Of a stretch of 64,000 nt of DNA, positions 37,126 to 51,270 are shown piece by piece. The stretch comes from Bispira polyomma (lineage: Eukaryota): assembly GCA_965649765.1 (NCBI GenBank), contig OZ287752.1, positions 496,001-560,000 on the forward strand, read 5' to 3'. A model generated the notes under the pieces. That model made no database searches. It had not been told where the DNA came from and was given only the letters and a program-made list of their open reading frames with translations. Positions within the stretch are counted from its first letter, which is position 1. Each line of letters starts with the position of its first letter. The position numbers were made by a program, and so were the translations under genes.

Positions 37126-38044
37126 TAAAGACACATAATAAGTTCAGACATCAGAGTCTTCTAGAAGCTGTTAAAATTAGATCAAGAGTAAAAGGTTAAA
37201 CCCTTTCAGTGAACTTGGTTGGCAGCTGATTAGTTAGTGTTTTCCATATATTCACAGAGACAACTTCACCTAGGACGACACGTTTTTAGCTTACTAGTAT
37301 AAACAAACTGGGAAATAAACAAATAAATCAATAAACTGTGAAATAAATCAATAAACAGAGAAATAAACAAATGAACAAATAACTGAATATTATGGTCATT
37401 GGTACAATCTGTTTTCTGATTTTCAGTTCACCCCTGGTATCATGTGACATTCCACTTTGAAATGAATTCCACAGTGATATTCATTCTTGTTTCCCATAAG
37501 TTAGTCACTACATCTACCAATACTCTAAATATACATCTGTCGGTTAGAGGTAGCTAACTATTGCTACACTATAAATTGTCCGGGTGAACTCAAACTTGCA
37601 GGGTATCACAAAAACTCACATGTCTTATCTTTCCCGTCAAACATTTCAAACAACCTTTTTATAATAGACATTTCAGACAATGTCAGTCTGATATGTTGTT
37701 CTAATTACAAGGGGACCCATTAGATATCTTTGTTCTGAGTGAACTCACTTAAATCTATCTAAATCTGACATCAGTGGATTTATCAGTAAAGACTTTACAT
37801 GTTAAAACAATATGTACATGTTTTAATTAAGGATTATTATAAGACTGATTTTCTTGACCTCCACAATACCAACTCACTGTGTAAATTTCCCCTAGTAACT
37901 GTCAGCAACCTGATCACGTGATATCTCATGTCAGGTAAAGATCAAGCCCGGCCTTCTTATTAGTATTGGTTTCTTGGAAACACTGAAGCGTGTAGAGCTG
38001 TATTAAGTCGGTAATTAACAACCCTTTTATGTACAACAATGAAG

Positions 38045-38400
38045 TCAGTAAGAAACAGTGGGGGTTGTGACTAAACAGGACTGCTAGTTAAACACACAGA
38101 TAGCCACTCTTATAAATACACACCCACACAAACACACATACACCCACTCACACAAACACACATACACTCACAAACTCGCCCTCAGTAAGAAACAGTGGAA
38201 TTTGAGACTGAAGAGGACTGCTAGTTAAACACAAAGATAGCCACACTTATAAATACATACACCCACCCACTCACACAGACACTCACACATATACACCCAC
38301 ACATAGACACTCACACACAGACACTTACACATACATCCACATACACACACTCACACACACTCACGCACACACAGACACTCACACACATACACAAACTCAA
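38045..38400. repeat. Duplicated ~75-bp segment, each copy followed by a (CA)-rich microsatellite
   Basis: TCAGTAAGAAACAGTGG...TATAAATACA at 38045 and 38182. Confidence 0.85.
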
Positions 38401-39049
38401 ATACTTTACATAAAAGTTCAGTGCAATTTTTCACAATTCGTTGTTATAATTTTAAATACAAGTTTCCTCTGGGAGTTTAGTGTTCAATATCTCAATAGAA
38501 GTAATTCCTGGTGAAAGGCATAACTAAAAGTAACTCCTCGTAAATTTTTTTATAATTTTAATATACAATAAAAGAAGGCCTCGGTGACTAGATGTGACAT
38601 ATTTATTGCCAGTCTTAACAAGCTGGACTTGTGGGACTTTCTTTGGATGCCTTTTTTGCTTAATGGGCAACTCTTTTGTTGGTAAAATGTTACAAAGGAA
38701 ATAATCTCAATAAATGAAGTTTCCTTGTCAATAAATTGGGTGTGTGTTTTGATCGTGTTCTACTCCCCACTCTCAATAACAAAGCACATTTATTACCATG
38801 AAAAACTCATTGGCATTTCTTGTTTATCAGTGACAAACATGCCAACATATCATTAAGATGCCCTCTTTTTCCCTTTTGAACTCCTTTGGCTCCGTTTAAT
38901 TCGATATATTATGAAACCTCATTATTTAGTTTTCTGTTCATTAATCAGGTTGTAAACTATCTGTCTGTCTGTGAGTTAAAGAGTTATTGACTTTTAGGGC
39001 AAGTCAATGGAAAATAACACGACTATCAAGTTAGCCTTGTATGATCTGT

Positions 39050-39183
39050 ATACATAACATTGGGGGCATTAGTGAACTATATAACATTGGGGCATTAGTG
39101 AACTACATAACATTGGGGCATTAGTGAACTACATAACATTGGGGCATTAGTGAACTATATAACATTGGAGCATTAGTGAACTG
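39050..39183. repeat. Short minisatellite, ~5 copies
   Basis: ATAACATTGGGGCATTAGTGAACTA(C/T). Confidence 0.9.
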
Positions 39184-39432
39184 GACCAAGCCCCATTTCA
39201 TATTGACAACTGCTAATTTAAACAAAATTTTGGGCTGATAGGGTGTTAAAAGTATTAGCAGCAAATTATTGTCATTCCACCCACCAGATAGAGTGATATG
39301 CTGTATGCTGTGTATAGGATTATTACATATTATTAAATATTGCTTCTCATATAATACTATTGTTGTGTAAAATGTATATTCAATACGTATAAAATTTTAG
39401 TAGTATTAGCAATAATTGTTTAATTCTGAATG

Positions 39433-39605
39433 AGGGGCCCCAGTGGTCTAGTGGTACGAATACCTGCTTCACAATCACTGGTCTCTCACTGGTGTGGGCC
39501 CTGTTTGTTCTTTCATGTGATCAATGTTGTGGGTTTACGGTGCTTAAATCTGGTCATTGTGATATAACCTAAGGGACTTAAAAACACAACTAAACTCAAA
39601 TAAAT
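39433..39605 (+). mobile_element. Degenerate tRNA-derived SINE
   Basis: GGGGCCCCAGTGGTCTAGTGG..GCTTCACAATCACTGGTCTCTCAC head shared with the other SINEs. Confidence 0.7.
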
Positions 39606-39749
39606 CTCAACTCGTTGACTTCTCCATAACACACAGTTAGATTTATCATTACCTAACAAAAGACAGCTTATGGGGTTCACTGGGTCACTTCCCTTCAGCT
39701 TGAATCAGTGACATGGGAAGGTTGTGGTGAAAGGCCCATGGTGCTCCGA

Positions 39750-40260
39750 CTCGCTGATTATATAGTTTGGGATCAAAGGTAAGGAACTGTTATCTCTTCT
39801 TTAAATGTTTTCTAGAAACCTTATAAAATCAGCTATCAAGATTCAACCATTGTGATTTAAAAATTCTAAACAAGGAGTCAAAATACCCGCTATCACTTTT
39901 ATGCAGTCACTTTTGACCCTGATTTCTCCTTCAAAAACATGTTGTAAACTTCTGTTGACCCTGCTACTGCAACACTCGTGACTTCTGTAGGGTGTGTCGA
40001 CACCTAACTCTAGAAAATCCTGTGGTCGTTTCAAAATTCCATGTGGCAAAGCTACATGCTTACTACAATTCACTGCTGTATACTTATGGCAACGGACAGG
40101 TACAAATAAACAAGATGCAGAAAATTCAAAACAATCTATGCAGAATTGTATGCCATGCTGGTCGGTGCTCCCATACAGCTGCTTTGCTTCAAAAGTTGCA
40201 CGGGCTACCGATTAAGTTCTATATCAAATCTTTAAAAAAGTACGCCAACTTCTCTTCTAA
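39750..40260 (+). mobile_element. Decayed CR1/L2-group LINE fragment
   Basis: YYNSLLY, KMQKIQNNLCRIV, LLQKLHGLPI. Confidence 0.65.
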
Positions 40261-40496
40261 GTTGTCGCAGGTCAAGATTTAAAATTACAGGACAGAAGTA
40301 TTTAAAGGTAGAGAAAGATTGCGGATAAAATGTTTCTTTTGTTCTAAGTTATATACTACTAGGTTTATATACAGTTGAGTTTGTGTAATGGCATAAGGTC
40401 ACCTTAGGGTAATGTGTATGATCACCTTAGCACAAGGTGTTAAGGCCACATTAGTTTCTGTTTCAAGATTACTTAATTTGAGATGAATTTTGAGAT

Positions 40497-41157
40497 TTAT
40501 ATGATAGTTCCACTTACAAGCGCTCTCGGGAGAATGGACCCATTTTTGAGGTCAGGGTGGACGGAACGAAAAAATTAATAAATTTAATATTTTGGGAGGG
40601 AAAATGAAAGTGTGGGGAGACCTTTTCGATCTAATTGCATTCCATTTTCACTGAACACCGACCACGATTGACCTTGAAGTCTGTACTTAAACTCCCCGGG
40701 CCTCCCCGACCCCAATTAGGATTGACCGTATCGGCGATAGGATCTGGCGGATCTATGCACCTCGTCTCTCATGATCGTACAACTAATAATCCAGGTAGGG
40801 ACTGCTAGGCAAAATACCTGACAATATGGTTTTATATTCTTCCACACTACCCCGATTTCGCCCCTGACCTATATGCTTGAACGGGTGGTCAGTGATAGGA
40901 CAGGCCTAAAGTGACATAAGACCTATCAGACAGAACAAAATGACAATCCAATCGAACATTTTCAGCGATATCGACCTTCCTGATTTTACGGTCCAAGGAG
41001 CTTGTCTTGGGGACTTTTTGACAATATCAAACATGTTTAAAATCCTTGCCGACCACCACGTTTAGCCCATTTTGGCTCTCGACCTATACAGACACGCCTC
41101 AAACCTCAAAATTAAAAAGGTCGGGGACCAAATCACCTGAGTGGAACCACCATATAA
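40497..41157. mobile_element. Non-autonomous DNA transposon (MITE, possibly Harbinger-type)
   Basis: Inverted termini TTATATGATAGTTCCACT ... AGTGGAACCACCATATAA. Non-coding interior rich in CGACC/GGTCG motifs. Confidence 0.7.
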
Positions 41158-41939
41158 GCACAATTTAAAACTTGGAGGAGTACATTATGTACTAGGTAAA
41201 TACTAGGTGACCTTGTTTACAAAGACAGTAATCGTACAGTTACTAATATTTACTAATATTTGAATTTATGATGAAATATATACTTCACTGACAAATGTAA
41301 TGTGTCAGCTCACCAAACACCATGCAAATAGCAAAATCAATTGTTGTTTAGATACATTTTAATATAACTATCAGCCGAAAATAGCTGAGTGCTACTTGTC
41401 CTTTTTGTATACAAATGGAGCTGGCTGTAGATATTGTTGAATGCCCCGCCCTGACTGTGTTTGGAGCTGCACTAACTTTAACACTACGTTTTCTAGTTTT
41501 GTCACTTGTAGTTTAGGGATGGACTCTACCGACTGCTCTTCTAGCTTTTAAACTGATTTGTCTTTTCAAGCTGCCATTTACGGTGCATCAGCCAAGTTCC
41601 TGTTTGACACAAAACATTTTAGAGAATTTCCTGGAAACTGTATAGTTGTTAAGTCTTTGTAGGAACTGTTGTCTCTGATCTATACAAATGCAATTTAGCG
41701 TTGCTTCACCCCTAAAAGTCATCTCGGGTAACAAAATGGTATTTTTTATAACTAACTACTTAGCAGGAAGTAAATTTTATTGGTTAGGTTTAGGTAAAAG
41801 AGAAGTATACATTAAAACTTTTATTGAAATTAAAGTTTTTTATTAGTTCAAATTATATTTTAAATTCATATCTTCTTCGAACTCATACAGTTCAAGTACA
41901 TGACGCAAAGTTCAGTGTGTTAATGTTGTAAATCACAGA

Positions 41940-44900
41940 TATTTTAAATTTTTTTATTTAAGCCATTTTTCACAAACAAAAAAACGTTACACAATTACTC
42001 AACAGAGACGACCACACTAAACATTGCAAAAAAAAACACAAGGAAAAGACATCCCCATTCGCCTACATGATTTTTAAGACACTGATGTTGAAAATATTTT
42101 ATACCATTTATAAATTGTTGTATATTTTGCCATATAACTTTCATTTTTACTTTCTTTAATTGAACATTGATATCAGCTATACCTTTAAGATACATTTGAC
42201 AGTCCTTCCAATAGGGTTCTTTAGTATTTATTTTACAATCATAGATGAACTTCTTGATGTACAGAATCAAACAATTAAATTATTTTCCATAGCTAATATA
42301 ATTTAGATTTTTCAGTCCAAAACCTGCATTAGATCCATTTTAGTCAATACTATATTTAGTTTCATCACATGATTGTAAACATGAACAAAATTTAACCAAA
42401 CATTTTTTACAAAACAACAGTATAACAAATGTCCAATATCTTGCACCTCTTCTGCAGATTGCACAAATTATAAGTGCTGAAGTTTGATTTTTTTTATTTT
42501 AAATAGTTTTTCTGTTGCAATATATTTGTATAGTATTTTATACTGAAATTCATTAATATTATTCCCTACTCTAATCACCAAAGGTAATGTGCATATATTG
42601 GGCCAGTCATTTTCTTTCAATTCATATTTACCTGCATAAAAAAGTTTGGCATTACAATTTATCCTACACCTGTTTACATACTCCTAGTTTACCTTTTTTT
42701 ATGTTAATGAATATATTAATGTATATCTACCATCGCAACATAAAATAGAAGTTGCAAAGTTACCTGTATGTGTAAGATTTTTAAAATCTATAGTATTTAT
42801 TTATGCTTTTGGAATGCTATCGATTATACCTCGCCAGAGGATATAATTTCCTTTAGTAACACCACAATTTAGTCAAAAATTGTCAGGTTTTAATTTACCT
42901 GATTTGTTTAAAAGGTCTGTAAGTGCCCATAAAGCAGCTGCTAATTGTTTGTTCACTTTGTGATATTTACCACCCCACAAAAATTCAAAAATAATTTCAT
43001 TTATTTTCTTGACAATGACATCTGGTATATGCAATACTGTGGCTGGGAAGCTAAATTTAGATACTCCAAATGACTTGGATTTGGTAATATCAAGAAAAAA
43101 TGAACACCTGGATATAACTAGACCTATAGCTGACACTTTGATATCAGACCATTTTTCCATTCTATCATGTGTTGATTTTCCAAAAACAGATCATGTGTAT
43201 AAGACTATATCATACAGGAATATTAGAACCATCAACATAACTGAGTTTAGGAAAGATATCAAATCATCAGAGCTGATCACACAACAGGAAACAGAACTTG
43301 AAAATTTGGTTCATCAGTACAATAAATGTTTAGCTGAGTTGCTTAAGAAACATGCTCCAATACTAATGAAAAATTTGTCCACCAATTTAAAAGTCCTGTG
43401 GTTTGACAGTAACATAAAAAATCAGAAAAGGATGCAGAAGAGCTGAAAGGAAGTGGTTAAATACTAGACAACAGTCAGACCTGGATAAGTACAAATCCTG
43501 CAGGAACAGTGTGCATAGAACTATTGATAAAACTAAATCAAGCTACTACACAAATATAATAAATGCTGACACCAGTAAAAATAGATTGTTCAAAATTGTA
43601 GATTCTATAAATAGCAGGCAAAAAGAAACTCCCATGCCATCGGATGTAAAATCGGATGATCTACCAAGTGGATTCAGCAACTACTTTAAAACAAAAATCG
43701 ACAACATCAGGAAGGCTTTTGAAGAAAATACAACATTTAGTGAGTTGGATGGAGAGACAGACTCAAAGTTGTGTCAGTTTGAAACACAATCTGAGGAGAC
43801 AATCAGTAAACTGATAAAAATCAACTCAAACAAGAAATGCATCTTAAATCCTATCCACATTATTAAAAGAATGTGTGTTAGAACTTTCCCCAGTAATAAC
43901 CAAAATTATCAACATGTCCATCAAGTCTTCAACAGTGCCAGTGGAATTTAAGCAAGCTGTGGCTACCTCTCTTGTCAAAAAAATGAAGGCAAAATTAGAG
44001 TACAAAAACTATAGACCAGTGTCAAACCTTCCATATGTCACAAAAGTACTAGAGAAGGTTACAGCGTGTCAACTGAAGGAATACAAGCAGAAAAATAGTC
44101 TGAATGAACCATTACAATCTGCCTATAAGCACTCTCACTCCACCCAGACAGCTCTGTTGAAAGTCTTCAATGACATTCTCAAAAATGGATAATGAAGAAC
44201 ACTTTTAGACTTGTCACACAGTCGATCATAAAATACTTGTAAGTCGTCTGAGAAGCTGTTTTGGAATCACAGAAGAAGCGATCAAGTGGATACAATCATA
44301 TTTAAATGATAGAACTCAGAAAGTCATTGTAAATGGTATGGAGAGTTCTCCACAGCTGCTGGAGTACTGTGTGCCTCAAGGCTCAGTGTTGGGGCCTTTG
44401 TTTTATTCAGACTATGCTGGACCACTGGGTGAACTTTTGCGCTCTTTGGACTTCAACTTTCATCTTTATGCAGATGGCTCCCAACTGATTACATCAATAC
44501 CTGGTAGTACCCTGACTGATCCACCAACAGTTGTGAATGCAGTCCAAAATGGAGTAAAACAAGTTGGAGAATGGATGAAACGAAACAAACTAAAATTAAA
44601 TAAAGATAAAACTGAATCTATAGTATTTGGCACCACACATCGACTAAAAAGCTCATAATAAACTCTTTTCAGTGATACTATCTTGAGATCAACTTCAGCA
44701 AGGAATCTAGGAGTGACTGGACCATTACTTAAATATGAGTTCCCATGTTGCATCCATATGTCAAGCTTGCCTCTATCGAAAATTCAACAGTTTCTTACCA
44801 AAGAGGCTACCAAAACCTTGGTCCATGCCACAATCATTTCATAGTTGGATTACTGTGACTCACTGCTTTACGGCATTAATCAGTACCTAATTGCTAAACT

Positions 44901-47100
44901 TTAGAGAGTTTAAAATGCAGCGGCTAGATTGATCATGCATTGTCACAATACAACACATACTTCGCCAATTCTAAAAAAGCTACACTGGTTGCCAATCAGG
45001 AGAGAATTAATTTCAGTGTGGTAGTCCATGTGTTTAAAGCTATTCATTGTCAAGCACCACAATATAACAGCAACCTGCTTTCTTACGATGAAAAATCTAG
45101 AACCACTCGATCCAGTGGAAAGGGCCTCTTAAAAATACCAAAATGGAACAATAAAACATGTGGTAGAAGAAGTTTCTCAGTAGCGAGACCAAATGAATGG
45201 AACAAACTTCCACTTTACATCAGACAAAAAGAGTTACTAAAAGATTTTAAAAAAGGAACTCACCTATTCAGAAAATCCTATTAGAAATGTTATGTTTTTT
45301 ATTGCACTACGTTAGACTCATGTAACTGAAATGTTTAATATGTTTTACAACTGATATGTTTTATATTTCATATTTAACCTAATTACTACTGTTAAATAGT
45401 TTAAATTGTAAAGCACATAGAGCATGGTGTTTGATGGTTTTGCACTCTAGAATATTTCTACATACATATATACATACTTGATAATGAGCTCTTTCCCAAA
45501 CAGCGACAACCTTGTCATTTTCAGATGTTAAACTGATTTTTTATCTTGAACAATTTTTTGGAAAAATTGGAATCTTTCTTTAGTTTTGAACCAAAAATGT
45601 GTTCAAAATCTTTTATAATTTCAAATATCTGTTTTACTGATTTTAAATTAATTACAGAGCAGGTCATATCATCGGCATATAGAAAATATTTTCGATTTTT
45701 TTGTACACAACACAAAACCATCTATTTCTTTACAAATTCTTTTTTCATTTGCTAAAAACTTAATACATATAATGAATAAATATGGTGACAGAGGGTCATC
45801 TTGTCTTATTCCTCTTTCAAGATTAAAATATGTAGTTGTTTTTCCATTATTATTAGAAATATTATTATCAAAGATTTTAATCTATCATCTAAACTGTAGT
45901 CAAAAATTCATACTTTACAGAGTTTATGCAAAAATTTCCATTGAATGCTGTCAAATGCATTTTCAAAGTCAATAAATAGCAAAATTCCTTCTAAATTGTT
46001 CACTTTTATGTAGTCCATCAAATCTGGAATAATTTTGATACTATCAAATATGTTTCTCCCTCCAACAAAACCTGTTGTCTTCATTTATAACATATGGTAA
46101 AACATCTTTCCATCGCCAAGAGAGTGCCTTCGATATATACATCCAATAACGAGATTGGACTCCAATTTTGAATTTTTTATCTACATTTATCTTTTTTTTC
46201 AATCAATGTAATAATTGGTTGTCCCTGAGACACAGAAAGTTCACCAAATTCGAAAGCATAGTTTAAAGAATCAGTAACATAAACTCCAACCAAATGCCAT
46301 TTTTTTAACAAAATTCAACTAGTAGGGTGTCATAACTAGTATTGTTATCTTTAAATGTACTTAGGTCTTGTTTACACTCGCATAAAGTTAATTTTTCTTC
46401 ACAAATATTTTGCAGATAGTTTGTCAATCTTTGTGTTTTACTTTCAATAATGAAATAGTTTCCCTAAATGAGCTTATCATTCAATTTTCTAATACCCTAT
46501 AGTTTTTGGTAATAATTTTGTTCTAAAAGATAATTTCCTCCAGATCTGTCGTTAAAGTACCTTCAGGTCTCTCTTATTTTCGAATATGTTTTTTGACATA
46601 ATTATTTTTTTAGAAAAAAACACCAGGCATGATATCAGCCATTGTAACTATATCTTGAATATTGGTTGAAGTTATCCAGAAGTCTAACCTATATTGAATG
46701 ATTTGGCCATTTTATAACCATGTAAACTTGTTACTAACAGGGTTTAATATTCTGCAAATATCTTGCATGTCATATTGTACTTTAATTTCGTTTCAAAATT
46801 CATGGGACTTTATTTTAACCTCATTATTACCACCCCGTTTATCTAAGCATACATTTTGTATCACATTCCAATCTCCTCATATTTTTTTGTATCTGAAGGG
46901 CAACACTAAAATCTTGCAAAAACGCAACTTGATATTTTTCCTTATCTGGGGCATATATGTTGATAACTGTATATCGTTTAAAGTCAAAACACATATAATG
47001 AACCTTCCATCTTTATCTATATAACAACTCGTATCAATACCTCTTTTGAATCATACGATTACCCCTTTGCTATGGCTTGTACCATGAGCATAAATGACAC
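41940..47100 (-). mobile_element. Decayed L1/Tx1-like LINE ORF2 (endonuclease + RT), split by another LINE
   Basis: Minus strand: AHGTSHSKGVIV (~47080), RGIRQDDPLSPYLFI (~45800), LYADDMTC (~45670), LSLFGKELIIK|SFGVSKF..KINEIIFEFLWGG, KKFIYDCK. Confidence 0.82.
43078..45475 (+). mobile_element. 5'-truncated CR1/L2-group LINE with (TACA)n tail, nested in the Tx1-like LINE
   Basis: DLVISR..SDHF, NYRPVSNLP, QSAYK.HST.TALL, VPQGSVLGP, HLYADG, LKLNKDKTE. Flanking ACTTG repeat. Confidence 0.9.
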
Positions 47101-47164
47101 TATTATAGACATACTTGCTTGTATATATCCTTTCAGGCGCTAATATGAAAGAACTTGGTGAAGG

Positions 47165-49481
47165 GCCAAGAATCCATTAAACAGAAGCCGACTTTGTCGC
47201 CAGATTGCTCGGTGCAATGTACTTATTAACAAGGATAAGTCGTATTATAGCAAACTTATCTCTGACAATAGTCACAACTCCAGGAAGCTATGGCACGAAC
47301 TGCGCAAGACCCTTAATATGGATACCAATGTGGCACTCCCGTCCCATGATTCTGATAATTCACTAGCTGATAAGCTTGCTTCCTTTTTTTCGGACAAAAT
47401 TAAGAGAATTAGAGATACTTTTGTTGTTTCTGGAACTAAAATTGATGTTCATCCTCTTTCTGATCCCCCAGAAATTACTGCCTTTACCAGAGTCTCTGAA
47501 GACGATGTTAGTATAATAATAAGTAACTCGCCTATAAAATCCTGCATGTTGGATCCATGGCCAACATCTCTTATTAAAGAATGCAGTGATATATTACTAC
47601 CATCCATTACAAAGCTTGTAAACTGCTCACTTACTGAGGGACATGTACCTGATGGTTTTAAAACAGCTGTGGTTACTCCTCTTATTAAGAAGGCTTCTCT
47701 TCCAGTTGATGACCTAAAGAATTATCACCTGTATCTGGTCTTAGTTTCGTATCAAAACTGGTTGAACGTGTGGTTGCTAGGCAACTGTTAGATCACATCT
47801 TTTTTCACGACTTAGAAAACCCATACAAGTCTGCATATAAAACAGGTCATTCGATAGAGACAGTACTTCTGTCTATAAAAAATGAAGTTCACATATCTTT
47901 GTCAAGAGGGGAACCTACTGCCCTGGTATTGCTCGACCTCTCTGCTGCCTTTGACACCATTGATCATTCAACGCTTCCCTTGGTTTGGAGTTACGGGCTC
48001 TGTTCTTAAATGGTTCACTTCCTACTTAACTGATCGTTATCAGTCGATAAAAATTGGCTCTACTTTGTCCGATCTTTGTAAACTCTTGTTTGGTGTTCCT
48101 CAAGGTTCTGTTTTGGGCCCTCTGTTCTTCTCATTATACACTGCCCTCTCTCAGATTGGTTATTGGCAAATACACAGGAATTAAGTTTCATTTTTATGCA
48201 GATGATACCCAAATTTATGTGCACCTATCCCACAAGGACACATCTACTGCCTTTGAACAGTTGAACAGGTGCCTTGATGATGTGAAAGAGTGGATGTCAA
48301 CTGACAAACTCAAACTTAATCCTGACAAGACTGAGTTCATAATCTTTGGCTCAAAACAACAGAGGGATAAGTTGAAAGCATTGTTTCCGGTTGACAACCT
48401 GGGTAGCCCTTTCAGTCCAGCTGATTCTGTCAAGAACCTGGGTGTATGGTTTGACTCTGACTTTTCTTTCTCTAAACATGTTCAGAGTGTCTGCAAAAGC
48501 TGTTTTGTGCAACTCTGGGACTTTAGACGTATCAGACGGTTTCTCACCTATGATGCTTCTATACTTGTGGTGAATGCTTTTGTCAGTAGTAGACTGGATT
48601 ACTGCAATTCGCTTTTCAGGAGTCACTCAAAGTTTAATTTACACAAATTACAATGCATTCAAAATAGTCCAGCTAGAATTGTGTCAAACACCAGTCGATA
48701 CACCAGTATAACTCCTGTTCTTAAGAAATTGCATTGGCTCCCTGTTGAACAGAGTTCAGTGTTTAAGACAGCTACACTTGTTTATAAGTTTCTTCACACT
48801 GGGTTTCCAAAGTATTTTGCCCCATATCTTTCCACTTACAACAGTTCCTACAATACCAGATGTAGTCAGAGTGGTAGTAACTTCCTTGTTGTTCCGAAGT
48901 TCCACCCATCTACTCAAAAGTCGGTTAAACAGTTTGGTCCCAGCTTTGCTTTTGATGCTCCCATTGTTTGGAGGGGCCACGGTGGCCTAGTGGTTAGCAA
49001 GCATTGCGCTTCACAATCACTGGTCTCTCTGGGAGTTCGAATCCCATCGATGCCTATTTGGGAAAGGTGGTAGTTTCTTACTGTGGGCCGCTGGTTTCAG
49101 TGCAGAACCTTGACCAACTGTATGCAGTATTTCCTCCAGCGTTTCCAACTACCCATCCCAATATAACCTACTAAAAGGTACTAGAGTAGACGTTAAATAT
49201 CCAAATTCAAAAACCCATTGTTTGGAATGCTCTTCCTGATGTGATTCGTGCTTCCCCCTCACTAGCCTGTTTTAGAAAGCAGCTTAAAACCCACTTGTAC
49301 ACTGAAGCATATCCACCTTAGTGTCAATCATCACCGGCGCGCTCTATGTTGCTTACTCTTTTTCTGTCCCTTGATTTTGGAAATTGGATAACTGTCTTTT
49401 GTGCTGGTGCGCCTTAGAGTCCCCTTTGTTAAGGGGAGATTAAGCGCAATAAAAGTCTACTTACAATTACCATTACAATTA
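47165..49481 (+). mobile_element. 5'-truncated CR1/L2-group LINE (same family as 92-712), frameshifted RT
   Basis: KSCMLDPWPT, LLDLSAAFDTIDH, GVPQGSVLGP, FYADDTQ, SSRLDYCNS. (CAATTA)-like tail. Confidence 0.93.
48973..49213 (+). mobile_element. tRNA-derived SINE inserted in the LINE
   Basis: A and B boxes. 13-bp TSD CCCATTGTTTGGA. The empty site is visible in the copy at 450-462. Confidence 0.95.
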
Positions 49482-49937
49482 TATATCACAGATATAGTAT
49501 ATAGATAGTCTGACTTAAGGCTAGAGTTTTTCAGAAAATCCCATTTGGTTTGGCATTAAAAAATATCTACACATTTGATTTAGTATTGAAATGTACACAG
49601 ATTGATACTTAGCTCATCCATCTACCATTGTCTAATATTCAAATGATAATTAAGATTTTCTTTACTACTCAAGTACAGCAACCAGCACATGACACTGTTA
49701 TTTCCCTGAGAGTGGTATGTTTACATCACGTGATGCAATGTCTCACGAGAGTACAGTTAGATAACCTGCTTAGGATTAAGTTAAATCTGGGCAAATGTCT
49801 CAGCTAGCTTTGTAAATACCAATTGAAGACAAATCTTAGCTAAGACACAATACTAAAGTTTAGACTAAGTTAAGACTAAGATATTTTGTAAATGCCGCCC
49901 CTGGTCTCCCTCATGCTGATACCAAACAAAGGTCCTC

Positions 49938-50582
49938 TGTTATGTAAGGAGTGTGTTACCAAGGTACTTCTACAAGTCCGAGTTATCTAAGGAGTGTTTT
50001 ACCCAGGTTCTTCTACAAGTCTATGTTATCTAACGAGTGTGTAACCCAGGTACTTCTACAAGCCTCAGTTATCTAACGAGTGTGTTACCCAGGTACTTCT
50101 ACAAGTCACAGTTATCTAAGGAGTGTTTTACCCAGGTACTTCTACAAGTCTATGTTATCTAACGAGTGTGTAACCCAGGTACTTCTACAAGTCTTAGTTC
50201 TCTAAGGAGTGTGTTACCCAGGTACTTCTACAAGTCTTAGTTCTCTAAGGAGTGTGTTACCCAGGTACTTCTACAAGTCTTAGTTATCTAAGGAGTGTGT
50301 TACCTAAGTACTTCTACAAGTCCGAGTTATCTAAGGAGTGTGTTACCCAGGTACTTCTACAAGTCTCTGTTATCTAAGGAGTGTGTTACCTAAGTACTTC
50401 TACAAGTCTCTGTTATCTAAGGAGTGTGTTACCCAGGTACTTCTACAAGTCTCTGCTATCTAAGGAGTGTGTTACCCAGGTACTTCTACAAGTCTCTGCT
50501 ATCTAAGGAGTGTGTTACCCAGGTACTTCTACAAGTCACAGTTATCTAAGGAGTGTGTTACCCAGGTACTTCTACAAGTCTC
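49938..50582. repeat. 43-bp minisatellite, ~15 copies
   Basis: Unit GTTATCTAAGGAGTGTGTTACCCAGGTACTTCTACAAGTCTCT. Confidence 0.96.
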
Positions 50583-51270
50583 TACATTTCAATTGCTGAC
50601 ATGATAGGAAGCAGATACTGACATGCATGCATCTGAAAAAAGGCTATTTAATAGGGTACTCCAGGACATAGTGCCATGGTTACATCCAGGATTACACTAC
50701 TGATCCGAGTGAACTCGTGGATCCAAGTTTGGTTTTCCATATTTACAAAGAGCATTGCATCTTCTTGGCTTGTATTTGTCAAAGGTCGTGTTATTACCTG
50801 TAGTTATTTTTATATTCACATCGATATAACCCCCAGAAAATCTCCCTGGACTAATAACAAAATCCACGTTATTACTAAGAAAACCCAGCTATGAGTTGGA
50901 TGCTGTTTTCACTTCTCACAACACACACCATAAACATAATGCACTCCCACAATGCACCGTCGTCTTTAAGAAGTGCAACATTGTATAATACATTCCTATA
51001 CATATGGAAGTTGTGCCGAATATAGAACACATACGCCATAGAATACTTTTATCAAACTATCCAAGAGACCCAAACAAGTGGTCTATTTTTAATTCCTACC
51101 TTTGACTAATTCTTAAACAACTCTGTTCACTGAATTCACAAAGCGTTGATGAAAGTGAGGTTTAGATTCTTTGTTTATTTGGTGTGGTTCAGTTAATTGT
51201 TCATTATTAACATAGTTCCACAGATACTGATCTGATATATTATACAGATGTCTACTACTTTTTCATCCTT

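Noticed and set aside
32131-37199. Repetitive ORFs (VEVQVCRP, YTYNDHSAI; likewise 26088-26547 and 62039-62909)
   Set aside because: Minisatellite translations with no independent coding evidence.
43008-45487. Apparent 11-bp TSD CTTGA(C/T)AATGA around the nested LINE
   Set aside because: The Tx1-like reading frame continues to ~43077, so the true junction is ACTTG and this match is coincidental.
48054-49073. 339-aa ORF as an intact gene
   Set aside because: It is a frameshifted LINE RT fragment reading into a SINE.
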